The notes below the pieces were generated by a model. It saw nothing but the letters and a program-made list of their open reading frames with translations. It was not told where the DNA came from and did not search any database. From assembly GCA_964291265.2 (NCBI GenBank), contig OZ219747.1, positions 3,136,001 through 3,200,000 on the forward strand: 64,000 nucleotides of DNA, in the 5' to 3' direction. The position numbers and the translations under genes are program-made. This document shows, piece after piece, positions 51,461 through 61,058 of this stretch. Position 1 is the first letter of the stretch. Each line of letters opens with the position of its first letter. Source of the DNA: Alphaproteobacteria bacterium (GTDB taxonomy: Bacteria; Pseudomonadota; Alphaproteobacteria; SP197).

Positions 51461-53112
51461 GGGTGTAGTTCTCGTATGGCGAAGCCAAGTCAATGATTTA
51501 TCACGGTCGTACGGTCGCGATGGAGCGGCAAATACGGGGTTTCGTGACAATTGCCCGTTGGACGAAGGCCGGATTTTGTCACGGTGGCAGGGCTTGGCGG
51601 TGGATGCGGGAACGCTCCGCACCGCAAGATGCGATATGATGCTGGCTTGAAACCACAACATCAGGAGCGCTCCCATGTCAGTGTCACAGCTTCGGCCTTC
51701 CGCGTCCATCGATCTTCTCGGCTTGCCGCCTCGGGTTGTCGAAGCGGTCACGCAAGTGACCGCGGTGTGTCATCGACAGCTTGGTTCAGAGCGCTCTGCC
51801 GAGGCCTTCGAGGAAGCGGAGCGGCGGGTGCTTGAGAGCGTGCACGCGCTTGGCTGCGAGATCCTGGGTGCCTGTGCCGAGGCCCGGGACGACGGTGCGC
51901 CCCGGATCGAACGGGACGGGCAGAACTGGTTCCGTGTGGCGCCGACGCCGAAGACGATCATGACCTCGCTCGGCCCGGTGACCTTTCGGCGTGCGCGCTA
52001 TCGCACCGGCGGGCACTGCCGGTCGCTGATGCCGGTGGACGAAAGCCTGGGCCTCGTCGACGACTACCTGACACGGCCGGCGGCTCAGCTTGGGCTGATG
52101 ATGATGGTCCACTGCACGGCGCGGGAAGCGGAGGCGTTCTTCGGCAAGCTCGGCGCCATGACGCCGTCTGTGAGCACCTTGCAGCGCTTGAGCCTGACCA
52201 TGCAGGAGCGTTGGGAACGTCTCGGCCCGCAGGCCCTGGATGGTATCCGGGAAGCCGAGGACATCCCGCAGGACGCGGTCACCGCCTCGGTCTCGCTCGA
52301 CGGCGTCATGGTGGCGCTGCGGGCCGGCGAGGACGGCCGTAGCGAGGCCTGCTGGCGCGAGGCGGCCTGTGGCACAGTCTCCTTCCACGACGCCGACGGT
52401 GAGCGCCTGAAGACCGTCTATCTCGGCCGCATGCCCGAGCGCGGCAAGTGCACGCTGAAGGCGCAGCTGGCAAGCGAGGTCGCGCATATCAGGCGCAAGC
52501 GTCCCGAGATCAGGATCAGCGCCATCGCCGACGCCGCCGCCGACAACTGGACCTTCCTCTCTGGTCTTGAACCCGAAACCGAGGTGATCGACTTCTGGCA
52601 TGCCTGCGAGCATCTGCGCGTGGTGGCCGACCATGCAGCGGCGCCCCACTGGTTCGAGAAGTACCGCGAGATCCTGCGTCACGACCCCCGCGGCATCGAC
52701 AAGGTGATCCGGGCGCTGCGCCACCTTCGCGACACCGCCAAGCCGGCGGGCCGAGCCGACATCGACAGGGAACTGGCCTTCTTCCGCAAGCATCGCCACC
52801 GCATGCGCTACCACGCACTGAAGCAACAGGGGATCGCCATCGGCTCGGGACTTGTCGAGGCAGCCAACAAGACCCTCGTCACACAGCGCATGAAGCGCTC
52901 CGGCATGCGCTGGCGCATCGTCGGCGGACAAGCCGTTCTCACCTTCCGCGCCCTGCTCAAATCAGGCCGCTTCGAGAGCGCGTGGACCGCCATGATCGAG
53001 GGCGACGACGCACCAGCCAACGACAACATCAACCCACATCACACCCCGGCGCCGGCCGCATGAGATGAAACAGTGGAACTGATTTTCAAATAGACATATA
53101 AAACTCACACCC
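51461..53112 (+). mobile_element. ISKra4-like insertion sequence
   Basis: Imperfect inverted ends GGGTGTAGTTCTCGTATG (51461) and CATATAAAACTCACACCC (ending 53112) around a single transposase gene; no target duplication seen. Confidence 0.7.
51675..53063 (+). CDS. ISKra4/ISLre2-like DDE transposase
   Basis: VSLDGVMV, IADAAADNW, IDFWHACEHL, IGSGLVEAANK, RMKRSGMRW. Confidence 0.88.
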   Translation: MSVSQLRPSASIDLLGLPPRVVEAVTQVTAVCHRQLGSERSAEAFEEAERRVLESVHALGCEILGACAEARDDGAPRIERDGQNWFRVAPTPKTIMTSLGPVTFRRARYRTGGHCRSLMPVDESLGLVDDYLTRPAAQLGLMMMVHCTAREAEAFFGKLGAMTPSVSTLQRLSLTMQERWERLGPQALDGIREAEDIPQDAVTASVSLDGVMVALRAGEDGRSEACWREAACGTVSFHDADGERLKTVYLGRMPERGKCTLKAQLASEVAHIRRKRPEIRISAIADAAADNWTFLSGLEPETEVIDFWHACEHLRVVADHAAAPHWFEKYREILRHDPRGIDKVIRALRHLRDTAKPAGRADIDRELAFFRKHRHRMRYHALKQQGIAIGSGLVEAANKTLVTQRMKRSGMRWRIVGGQAVLTFRALLKSGRFESAWTAMIEGDDAPANDNINPHHTPAPAA

Positions 53113-53160
53113 TCCGTCATCAGAGGGGGTGAGTAGATACCACCGGGCAGTGATATCTCC

Positions 53161-53946
53161 ATGCCTTCCAAGGCGGACGAAATCCGGGCCTACGCCCTAG
53201 AGCGATACGTGCGGCCTTGGCGGGGCTCCGACGAAAACCGCCTCGTTATTCGTGCGGGCGACATCGTCAAAGGTATGCGGTTGCACAACGCCACGCCGAA
53301 CGTATGCAGTTCCCTTGCGAGCCGTAAGTTCCAGCACGATGCCGGTATCGTCCTCGTTCGTCGTGAGGGTCCGCATCAAAGCACGACCACAACGTTTCAC
53401 TATGAGCCCGTCCGATCGACCCTTGATCCTCCAACGCGCCCCGGAAATACTCCACCTCCCGCCCGAATCGTCGGCAATCGCGTAGCCACCGTCTGGGTCT
53501 CCGTCCCCGACGACTGCTGGCGGAGTGCCGATCTGTGTCTGGTTTCCTGTGTCAGCGTGAAGCAATCCGCCGCGGCACCGGCCAGGGACCTGTACGTTTC
53601 TCCCTGGTTTCAGAAAGCTCGCGCTTGCGTCGAAGCACTTGGTTGCCCGTGGTACATCCTGTCCGTGAAGCATGGGCTCCTTGATCCGGGATCGACGATC
53701 GAACCTTATGACGAGACGCTGAAGGCCATGCCGGTGTACCGGCGACGTACCTGGGCACGCGGTGTGATTGGGGACCTCGCTCCGCGCTTGGCGAGTGTCG
53801 ACACCGTGACCCTCTTCGCGGGAACGGCATATCGCGAGTTCCTTGAACCGGAATTGCGTGGTCAGGGGCTCAAGCTCTATGTACCGATGCAGGGAATGCG
53901 CATCGGCCAGCAGCTCTCATGGCTGTCCGGCCAGGACCGTTCGTGA
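53161..53946 (+). CDS. Two-domain protein: small N-terminal putative DNA-binding domain plus DUF6884-like domain
   Basis: N-term IRAGDI...PNVCSSL..RKF; Pro-rich linker; C-term LVSCVSVK..PARDLY.S.WF, WYILS.KHGLL.P...IEPYDETL, G.RIGQQL.WL. Confidence 0.75.
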   Translation: MPSKADEIRAYALERYVRPWRGSDENRLVIRAGDIVKGMRLHNATPNVCSSLASRKFQHDAGIVLVRREGPHQSTTTTFHYEPVRSTLDPPTRPGNTPPPARIVGNRVATVWVSVPDDCWRSADLCLVSCVSVKQSAAAPARDLYVSPWFQKARACVEALGCPWYILSVKHGLLDPGSTIEPYDETLKAMPVYRRRTWARGVIGDLAPRLASVDTVTLFAGTAYREFLEPELRGQGLKLYVPMQGMRIGQQLSWLSGQDRS

Positions 53947-54692
53947 ACGCCACTGAGCTGACGCCCGGCCGCATCGCCGATTCCCTTCGCTTCTACGCGC
54001 TTCTTTCACGCATCTCAGAGCGAACCGGTGGATATAGATATCTCGCGACCTGCGACGGGCGCATGGAGTGGCCTCGCCGCGGCGTGTACTTCTTCTTCGA
54101 GCCAGACGAGCCCCGAATCGATCCTGGCCTTGGTCTACGTGTGGTACGGATCGGCACCCATGCGCTGAAGCCGGCGTCCCGAACGTCGTTATGGAATCGA
54201 CTCTCGCAGCATCGGGGCAGCTCACGATCCGGCATGGGCAATCACCGTGGGTCGATATTTCGGCTGATCGTTGGCGCGGCGCTCGCGCGCCGTGCCGTTA
54301 CATCGTTACCGTCGAGTTGGGGAGTCGGCTCGGACACAAGCGCCGCCGCTCGTAAGCTCGGCTTGGACCGCTCGACCGTGCAGTGCGAAGAGGCCGATCT
54401 CGAGCGGCGGGTCAGCGAGTATATTGGCCAAATGCCGTTCCTGTGGCTCGGCGTCGACGACCCGCCGGGCCCGGCCAGCCTGCGCGGTGTGATCGAGCGA
54501 AACACCATCGCTTTGCTCAGCCACGCCCAAACTCCTGCCGTTGATACCCCGTCAGACCGGTGGCTCGGCGGGTTCAGTGATCGAGAGATGGTGCGCGCAT
54601 CCGGACTGTGGAACAATCATCACGTCGCAGAACCACACGATCCTTCATTTCTCGACGAGATGGACACGCTCGTAGCCCGCTTCTGCGAGTGA
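53943..54692 (+). CDS. Putative GIY-YIG-like nuclease
   Basis: GVYFF...RVVRIGT, LWNRLSQH.G, GNHRGSIFR, late IERNTI glutamate, LWN; GTGA overlap with the upstream gene. Confidence 0.6.
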   Translation: MNATELTPGRIADSLRFYALLSRISERTGGYRYLATCDGRMEWPRRGVYFFFEPDEPRIDPGLGLRVVRIGTHALKPASRTSLWNRLSQHRGSSRSGMGNHRGSIFRLIVGAALARRAVTSLPSSWGVGSDTSAAARKLGLDRSTVQCEEADLERRVSEYIGQMPFLWLGVDDPPGPASLRGVIERNTIALLSHAQTPAVDTPSDRWLGGFSDREMVRASGLWNNHHVAEPHDPSFLDEMDTLVARFCE

Positions 54693-54859
54693 ATTCCAGC
54701 GCTGCAATTCGCAGGCCTCGACTACCTGCCCGGTTACGTGCTCCGCTGCGTGAGCAGTACAGAGTCCGGGATCCATCTCCATCGAATTCTGCTTCGGTTC
54801 TCACGCCTTATCCGGGTCGGGCTGGAGTTTGCGGCCTTTGCCTTGCGCCTCGTCCCGGG

Positions 54860-55830
54860 TTCCGGCGGGCCCGCTCCGGCATTGCCTCAGGGTCTCGTGG
54901 AGCGTCTTCGCATCGTCCGTGACCAGTTCGACTCTGTGGCGCGCGGGCGGCTGATCTCGACGTAGAAGCTCTTCTGCGTCGACAGTTTCGGGGGTTTCGC
55001 CTCCATCACCGCGATCACCTTGTCGACGGTGCGCCCCTGAAAGGGATGCACGGTCGAGGCCCAAGCATGGCCGAGATGGCGCAACTGCGGGTCACTCTTG
55101 CCGAATTCGAGCATCCGGCCGTCGCCGAGCCGGAAGGCGACAACTTCGTCCGGCGAATAGTTCACCGCGACCGCTTTCTCGGCACTCGCATGGCCATGGT
55201 AGACCAGCCGCTCGGCCTGAAGACGAGGCTGCGCATGACGCCGTCGCGGGCGAGGCGTTGAGCGGATGTGGCCGTTGATCCCGATGCGGAGCGCATGGCT
55301 CGGCGTCACCGGCCCGGTGTTCTCGCGTTCGTGGGCGGAGAGCTTCAACAACCAGGGCGCGGCGGCCGCGCCAGCGAGGTTATCGGGTTTGACCTCCGCC
55401 CCCGGTCGCCGAGCTTTCCGAAGACCCTGCAGACCTCGTCGGCGAGGCTCGCCCGCACTGCCTCTTGCAGGTTGGTGTCCTCCTGGCGCAGAATCTCGTC
55501 CCTTGCCGCCGTTTTCATGCCGGCGGCCTGGAGCTGGGCGAAGGACTTATCGGCATCCACCGCGTCAAGCTGCTTCTCAACAGCCCACCGGCACCACGCG
55601 GGGTATGCGGATGGCGGCGGCGATCCGGAGCAGGTCGCGGGTCTGGACGGTCGAGGCAAGCGAGCCCTCGTCGACCCCCAGCATGGTCTTGCGGAACGCC
55701 GCGCGCATTTCCCTGGCGCCCTTCCGGGTCAGCCGGCCCTCGGCGACGCCGGCATTGCGGGCGAGGAAGCGCCGCAGGGTCTCGGTCTCGATCCAGGCTT
55801 CAGGCCGCCGACACGAGAGCCGCCCTTCGC
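54860..55830 (-). pseudogene. Relic of a TrwC/TraI-type conjugative relaxase-helicase (C-terminal helicase part)
   Basis: Frameshifted pieces VDEGSLAST, RVVPVG, KQLDAVDA, FAQLQAAGM, ILRQ, HAWASTVH.FQGRTVD, FYVEISR. Confidence 0.8.
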
Positions 55831-56134
55831 GGCAAGCTGCCGGTCGAGGTTGAGCACCCATGGCTATGCCGAGCGGAACGACGATCAGGCAGGCCGTGAA
55901 AGGGGGGCGAAGATGCGGAAACAGCTCTCGAGAACGTCGGCGATGTAGTTTTTTTCCACGATCAGGGTGATGAGGGCGCCAAAGATCTCCTGGGGCGCCG
56001 GGAGGAATCGCTGACTCTCTTCAGGGATGATGTGGTGACCGCGTGAGCGCCTTCAGGCAGATTGATGATGCGTTGATCGGGCAATTTAGTGGACATGAGC
56101 TTTCGCGCTGCGCTTGGTTTGCGGTTCTTGAAGG

Positions 56135-56998
56135 CTACTTGGAAGGGAAGGCTGGTGTTCGTGCCTTGAGGACGTCGTTCCAGTCTTTGTGTCCGTCTGG
56201 GGGTCTCATGCGGAGAGCTCTTGGGTCTTGGCTGACGAGGCGCTCGGCGGCCTGTTCTCCGACGGGATCGGCGTCGAAGGCGACGAGGATGCGCTTTGGC
56301 GTCCAGGCTTCGGCCCATGTTGGGAGACGGTAGGCGATGCCGGCGGTTGACAGGATCACGGTAGCGGATTGCCGACATTCCTTGAGGCACCATGCGGAGA
56401 GGGCGTCGATGGCGCTTTCGGTGATGATGATGGTGCGTGGCATGGAGCGGTCCACGGGGATCCAGAAGCTGCCGGCGGCCTTGCGTGATCCACGCGCCAT
56501 GGCTCTGTACTGCTTTCCGTCTGCGTTGGGGACGGTACCGACGATCTCGGCGCCGGAGAGGTCTCTTTGTGCGTTGGTGCATGTGAAGACGGCGTTTCTG
56601 CGTTCGTCGGCGGCGACGAGGCCGTGCTGTCGGCAAGCGTCCAGGCAACGGTCTGGCAGGCGGCGTTCATGGGCGAGGTAGTGGCGTACGACGTGCCAGG
56701 CTTCCTCGCAGTGCGTTGGTGTTCTCGGCCCCTTGCCGCCGGAGCGTGCGGTGAGGAGTGCGACGGCGTCGTTGAAGCTGCAGCGGTGTGCATGCATGAC
56801 GAGATCGATGGCGCCGCCACCGCCGGACTGGGTGATGTGGTCGAACCAGCGTTGTTGGTTGACGCTGATGACGGATCCGTGGCGCTTGAAGCGTCGCGGG
56901 TCGCGCGGGTCTCTTCGGTAGCCGAGCCGCAGGGCGAGTGGTTCGAGGGGCTGGTTGCGGATGTCATCGAGATGCTGATTGTCCCAGGACCGGATCAT
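56135..56998 (-). CDS. DUF3991/Toprim domain protein (primase-like)
   Basis: GGAGG RBS; WFDH....GGGAIDLVMH, YLAHERRL, ITESAIDALS, VAFDADPVG, KDWNDVL. Confidence 0.85.
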   Translation of the reverse strand: MIRSWDNQHLDDIRNQPLEPLALRLGYRRDPRDPRRFKRHGSVISVNQQRWFDHITQSGGGGAIDLVMHAHRCSFNDAVALLTARSGGKGPRTPTHCEEAWHVVRHYLAHERRLPDRCLDACRQHGLVAADERRNAVFTCTNAQRDLSGAEIVGTVPNADGKQYRAMARGSRKAAGSFWIPVDRSMPRTIIITESAIDALSAWCLKECRQSATVILSTAGIAYRLPTWAEAWTPKRILVAFDADPVGEQAAERLVSQDPRALRMRPPDGHKDWNDVLKARTPAFPSK

Positions 56999-57033
56999 GG
57001 TCTGTCGAGCCTCCTGCGTGGTGGACGGGGGGT

Positions 57034-57095
57034 GGTTCCCGTTGGCGGTTCCCACCTGAACTCCCAGGGTGAACGGGAACCGGGAACCGGGAACC
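57034..57095. repeat. Inverted cluster of 7-bp repeats: GGTTCCC x2 and GGGAACC x3 (candidate origin/iterons)
   Basis: GGTTCCC at 57034 and 57047; tandem GGGAACC at 57075, 57082 and 57089; lies between the helicase and Toprim genes. Confidence 0.75.
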
Positions 57096-57132
57096 GCCTG
57101 GCGTCGGGGCGTTTTGCGCCTGGTTGTTGCGG

Positions 57133-58080
57133 TCAGGCTTTGGCGACGCGATAGGCACCGGGACCGTCCTGCGCGACACGTCCTTCCTGGACGAGCTTGG
57201 CCAGAAGCGTGGCGACGGTCGTGTTCCGTGTTGGGACGCGGTCCCGGACCTGGCGCAGCGAGAGCGGGGCATCGGCGTCGGCGAGGACCTGGACGATGCG
57301 CTGTTCGGGGGTTGGCGGCTGCGGCCTGGCGCCGTCTGGTTCCTGTTGCCGCAGCTGCAGGGCGGCTCCGTTGCCGCTGTCGGTGAGTTCGATGTCGAGA
57401 TCGGCGAGTCCGGGTGCGGCGCGGTGTTCGACGGTCATGAGGATGGTTTCGTGGCGGCGCCGCAGGTAGAGGTTGCTGTCGCCCCATGCGTGCAGCTCGC
57501 TGCTTCCGCGCAAGGCCTGTCCGGGCCGGCTGGCGGCGCTCTTGCGTGCGTGGTGGACGAGCAGCACGGCGGCGCCGGAGTGTCGCTGCACGTCGCGCAG
57601 GAAGCCGAGGATCGGCGCGATCTCGGCGACGGCGTTTTCGTCGACGCCGTGCAGGCGGACGAGGGGGTCGAGGATGAGCAGGCGGGAGCCGTGACGCTCG
57701 ACGGTCTCGAGCAGGCTCTGGCGGTCGGTTGGGTGGTCGAGGCGCAGTGCGGGGACGTCGATGACGGCGATGTCGAGGGTGTCGAAGTCGGCGCCGGCTG
57801 CGGCGGCGATGCCCTGGAGGCGGCGTCGCACGATGTGGCCGGCGTCCTCGGCGGCGAACATGAGCACCGGTCCGGGGTGCACGGCCGGGAAGCGGCGCAG
57901 ACAGGGGACGCCGGCGGCGACGGCGACGGCGAGATCGAGGGCGAGGAAGGACTTTCCGCACTTGGGTTCGCCGCCGATGATGCCGACGGCCTCGCGGCCC
58001 CACAGGCCGTCGACGAGCCACTGCCCCTCGGTTGGCCGGTCCTCGAGTTCGGCCGGGCTGCGGGTTGGCAGGCCGATCAT
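57133..58080 (-). CDS. AAA_25 / RepA-like (RecA/DnaB fold) helicase with C-terminal HTH
   Basis: WLVDGLW, GGEPKCGKS, FAAED, LLILDP, VHHARK, ALRGSS; C-terminal wHTH-like LSLRQVRDRV...LAKLVQEGRV. Confidence 0.88.
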   Translation of the reverse strand: MIGLPTRSPAELEDRPTEGQWLVDGLWGREAVGIIGGEPKCGKSFLALDLAVAVAAGVPCLRRFPAVHPGPVLMFAAEDAGHIVRRRLQGIAAAAGADFDTLDIAVIDVPALRLDHPTDRQSLLETVERHGSRLLILDPLVRLHGVDENAVAEIAPILGFLRDVQRHSGAAVLLVHHARKSAASRPGQALRGSSELHAWGDSNLYLRRRHETILMTVEHRAAPGLADLDIELTDSGNGAALQLRQQEPDGARPQPPTPEQRIVQVLADADAPLSLRQVRDRVPTRNTTVATLLAKLVQEGRVAQDGPGAYRVAKA

Positions 58081-58907
58081 CGTGTGCGCCTCGGCGGGAT
58101 GGGTTCGCCCCAGGTTTCGAGGAAGAGCTTTTCGTCGAGCACCTCGCGGTCGGTGTCGAGGGCGACAGCGAGGAGGTTGTCGGCGAGGATGGTCAGGGAG
58201 CGCGGATTGCCGTCTGCATGGACGACGAGGGTCTCCTTGAGGCCGGGGGTCATGAGGCCTGGATTGCCGGCGGCGTCGAGCAGGTGGTCGAGCAGGCGGA
58301 GCAGTTCGTCGGGTTCGCAGCGCGTCATGACGAGGCGTTGACGGACCCGCGAGGCGACGGCTTGCAGGTCGGGGCTGTGCAGCTTGGCGAGCAGGCGGCT
58401 GTCGCCGGCCAGGACGACGCTGAGGATGGCGCGCGAGTCGAACTCCGTGGAGGCGAGCAGGCGCAGTTCGGTGAGCACGGCCTGCGGCATCTCCTGGGCC
58501 TCGTCGACGAGCAGGACCGGGCGCATGCGGGTGTCCTCGAGATGGGTGAGCCAGCACTCGCGCAAGGCCTTGAAGCCGGCCCAGAGGTTCCGGCGCAGGG
58601 TCGTGATGCCGAAGAGGTCGGTCATCTCGCGGTAGAAGTCTGCGGTGCTCGACGAGGGATGGGCGAGAAGGGCGACGTCGAGGCCCTCCGCGGTCTCGAG
58701 ACGCTCGTCGAGCAGGCGCAGGGCGACGCTCTTGCCGGTGCCATGCTCGCCGGCCACCACGGCGAAGCCGCCCTGGCGCACGAGCTGACGCTCGATCCTG
58801 CGGCAGAAGCTGTCGATCGCGGGCGTTGCGAGAAGGCCCTCGACCGGCAGGTCGGCGGCGAAGGGGTTCCACTTGAGGCCGTAATGGGTGAGGTGTTGGC
58901 GGTTCAT
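58077..58907 (-). CDS. ExeA-like AAA+ ATPase (transposition helper)
   Basis: YGLKWNPF, GEHGTGKS, LLVDEAQ, VLAG, GNPR; ATGA overlaps on both sides. Confidence 0.9.
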   Translation of the reverse strand: MNRQHLTHYGLKWNPFAADLPVEGLLATPAIDSFCRRIERQLVRQGGFAVVAGEHGTGKSVALRLLDERLETAEGLDVALLAHPSSSTADFYREMTDLFGITTLRRNLWAGFKALRECWLTHLEDTRMRPVLLVDEAQEMPQAVLTELRLLASTEFDSRAILSVVLAGDSRLLAKLHSPDLQAVASRVRQRLVMTRCEPDELLRLLDHLLDAAGNPGLMTPGLKETLVVHADGNPRSLTILADNLLAVALDTDREVLDEKLFLETWGEPIPPRRTR

Positions 58908-60421
58908 GACATGTCTCCCTGATCGTTGTTGTCCTTGCCTTCGTCGTCCGGGCCGGCATCCTTGCCGAAGGGCAACCATGCCGGGGGCAGGCCGGTGGCG
59001 TCCTGCTCGTCGCGCAGGCGCTTGAGCAGCGGCGCCGGCCCGGTCTGTGGCTTCACCTCGTCGTCTTCTCTCCGGCGCCCGGTCCGGCGGCGGAGCCCCT
59101 CGGCGTTGCGAGACTTGTCCACCGGACGCAGGGTCGAGATGCGGTCCCCGGTGCGGCCGTCGACCATGTCGATGCCGGAGAGGTCCCAGCGGGCGACGCG
59201 CAGGTCGATCTCGCGCAGGTGGCGCCACGGCGCCGGCAGTTGATAGCGGACACTCGCCACCGTCACCGTGGCGTCGGAGCGTCGCACCTTGCGACGCACC
59301 TTGATGCGGAAGGCGGCCCGGAGTTCGCTGCTGTCCGGGCATGTCCGCGAGGCGTCCTCGCTGTCGATCACGCGCCTGAGCGGCGTGACCCCCGTCTCGC
59401 GGTGTACGCGGCGGTGATACTCGCGCTCGACCCAGATGACGGTGGCGTCGTTCAGGTCCTGCAGGGTCAGGGTCTCGACGTTCTCGAGCATCGCCATCAG
59501 GCGGCCCTCGACCTGGGCGAACAGCACCTCCTGCTTGCCGTTCTGGTACGGGCTGCGGACAAGCGTGTGGTGGTGCAGCACGCCGAGGGCGTGCAGTCCC
59601 TCCTGCACCTCCCCGGCCGTCATCGCCGATCCGTTGTCGGTCAGAAGGGACCGCGGCAGCCCTCGCTTCATGAAGGCCTGGCTGATGCCGTGAACGAAGA
59701 TCTCCGTGGTCTCCCCGAGATACCACTGCATGTGGCAGACGAGACGCGAATGGTCGTCGATGAAGCTGAGCAGGATCGGCGTCCTCCACTCCCCGGACGG
59801 CGTCAGCACGCGACAGGTCCGCGCATGGTGGAAGTCGGCGTGCCACAGGGCATGGCTGCGCGAGACCTCGTAGCTCAGCACCTCGCGCCCCTCGACCGCA
59901 GGCCGCTCCGCTTCACCACCGAACTTCCGCTGCCGCCGCCGCCGCTCCAGGCCCGCCGAACGCATGACCCGGGTCAGCGTCGCATAGGACGGCATCGGCC
60001 CGAGCGAAGGGTCGGCCTCGACCAGCGCGCAAAGGTTGTCGTGGTGGAGCTGAACCGACCACGTGGGGTGCGCCCTGTACTGGTCGCGCAAGGCCGCCAT
60101 CAGCAGGGGTGAGACGCTCCGCGCACGACCGGCGTCGCAGCGCACCCGACGGCGCAGCGCCCGCACCGGATCCCGGTCGGCCGACCGCGCCTTGTAGTAC
60201 CAGCGCTCGATCGTCGACACCGAGAAGCGGATCGTGCCGCCCCTGACGGGATGCTCCCAGTCCCGCCGCGACAGCCGTTGAAGCTCGGCCCGCAGACCCC
60301 CCTTCGGCGGCGGCGACGCCAGCAGCGGGCCAACCACCGCAAAGCGCAGCCGCGTCCAGGCGTCCCCGGCGTCCGCTTCGTCCTTCGTCACCACGACGGC
60401 CTTCCTCCCTCGTCGTCCCAT
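58904..60421 (-). CDS. DDE-type transposase/integrase (rve core, Mu/TnsB-like)
   Basis: N-terminal HTH (SVSTIERWY), WHADFHH, FIDDHSR, LTDNGSAM, QNGKQE, YHRRVH.ETG.TP, RKVRRSDATV. Confidence 0.9.
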   Translation of the reverse strand: MGRRGRKAVVVTKDEADAGDAWTRLRFAVVGPLLASPPPKGGLRAELQRLSRRDWEHPVRGGTIRFSVSTIERWYYKARSADRDPVRALRRRVRCDAGRARSVSPLLMAALRDQYRAHPTWSVQLHHDNLCALVEADPSLGPMPSYATLTRVMRSAGLERRRRQRKFGGEAERPAVEGREVLSYEVSRSHALWHADFHHARTCRVLTPSGEWRTPILLSFIDDHSRLVCHMQWYLGETTEIFVHGISQAFMKRGLPRSLLTDNGSAMTAGEVQEGLHALGVLHHHTLVRSPYQNGKQEVLFAQVEGRLMAMLENVETLTLQDLNDATVIWVEREYHRRVHRETGVTPLRRVIDSEDASRTCPDSSELRAAFRIKVRRKVRRSDATVTVASVRYQLPAPWRHLREIDLRVARWDLSGIDMVDGRTGDRISTLRPVDKSRNAEGLRRRTGRRREDDEVKPQTGPAPLLKRLRDEQDATGLPPAWLPFGKDAGPDDEGKDNNDQGDMS

Positions 60422-60443
60422 GGGAGGAAGGCCCTATACGGTC

Positions 60444-61058
60444 CTATGTCATCGCACTACAGGCACTCTCTGCGGGCGGCGACAGACCCTCGACGATCCT
60501 GCAGAAGCCGGTCCACGGCATGAGCCAGACCAGGCTCCGCAGAAGGCGCGATCGAAACGATCCGCCGCGCATCAAGCGCACCAGGGCCACAAGCGGAGGC
60601 TCGTCCGCCTCCACCGCCAGATCGCCACGTTTCCAGCGCCACGCCGCCGTCGCCGGGAACCTCTCCCGCCACCATCGACGCCACCGGCCAAGCGTCCTCT
60701 CCGGGATGCCAGACATGCGGCTCGCCTTCGCCAGGGGAACACTGCCGCACAGAACCAGGAGGCTCGCAGCCAGGTACACCGGCGCCGCACGGAACCTCCG
60801 GCCGAAGAAGCGCACCGAGGGCGGAGTCGTCCGGCTCCTGCACTCAGCACAGCAGAAGCTGAAGCGGCGGTTGTCGCCGCGAAGAGCAGGCGCAAGCGCG
60901 TGCGGCTTGCGCGGATACCGCGCACTGTGAAGGCGACCGCCGCAATGCGGGCATCCCTCCAGGCGGCAGCGCTCCGCCTCGGCCGCATCAATCCTCTCAA
61001 GGAGAGGCCAGACATGAGCGCAGGAAAGTATGGGACCCGGGAAGGAAACGTGCGACAT
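60444..61058 (-). CDS. Zn-finger plus HTH accessory protein
   Basis: CPHCGG, CCAECR, GIPERTLGRWRRWW; lies immediately upstream of the transposase. Confidence 0.75.
   Translation of the reverse strand: MSHVSFPGPILSCAHVWPLLERIDAAEAERCRLEGCPHCGGRLHSARYPRKPHALAPALRGDNRRFSFCCAECRSRTTPPSVRFFGRRFRAAPVYLAASLLVLCGSVPLAKASRMSGIPERTLGRWRRWWRERFPATAAWRWKRGDLAVEADEPPLVALVRLMRGGSFRSRLLRSLVWLMPWTGFCRIVEGLSPPAESACSAMT

Noticed and set aside
56135-59846. Long Arg/Pro-rich N-terminal extensions of ORFs 56135..58021, 57133..58959 and 58077..59846, suggesting frameshift fusions
   Set aside because: These are alternative frames left open in very GC-rich DNA. Each real gene has its own start with an overlap or RBS, and I saw no slippery site.
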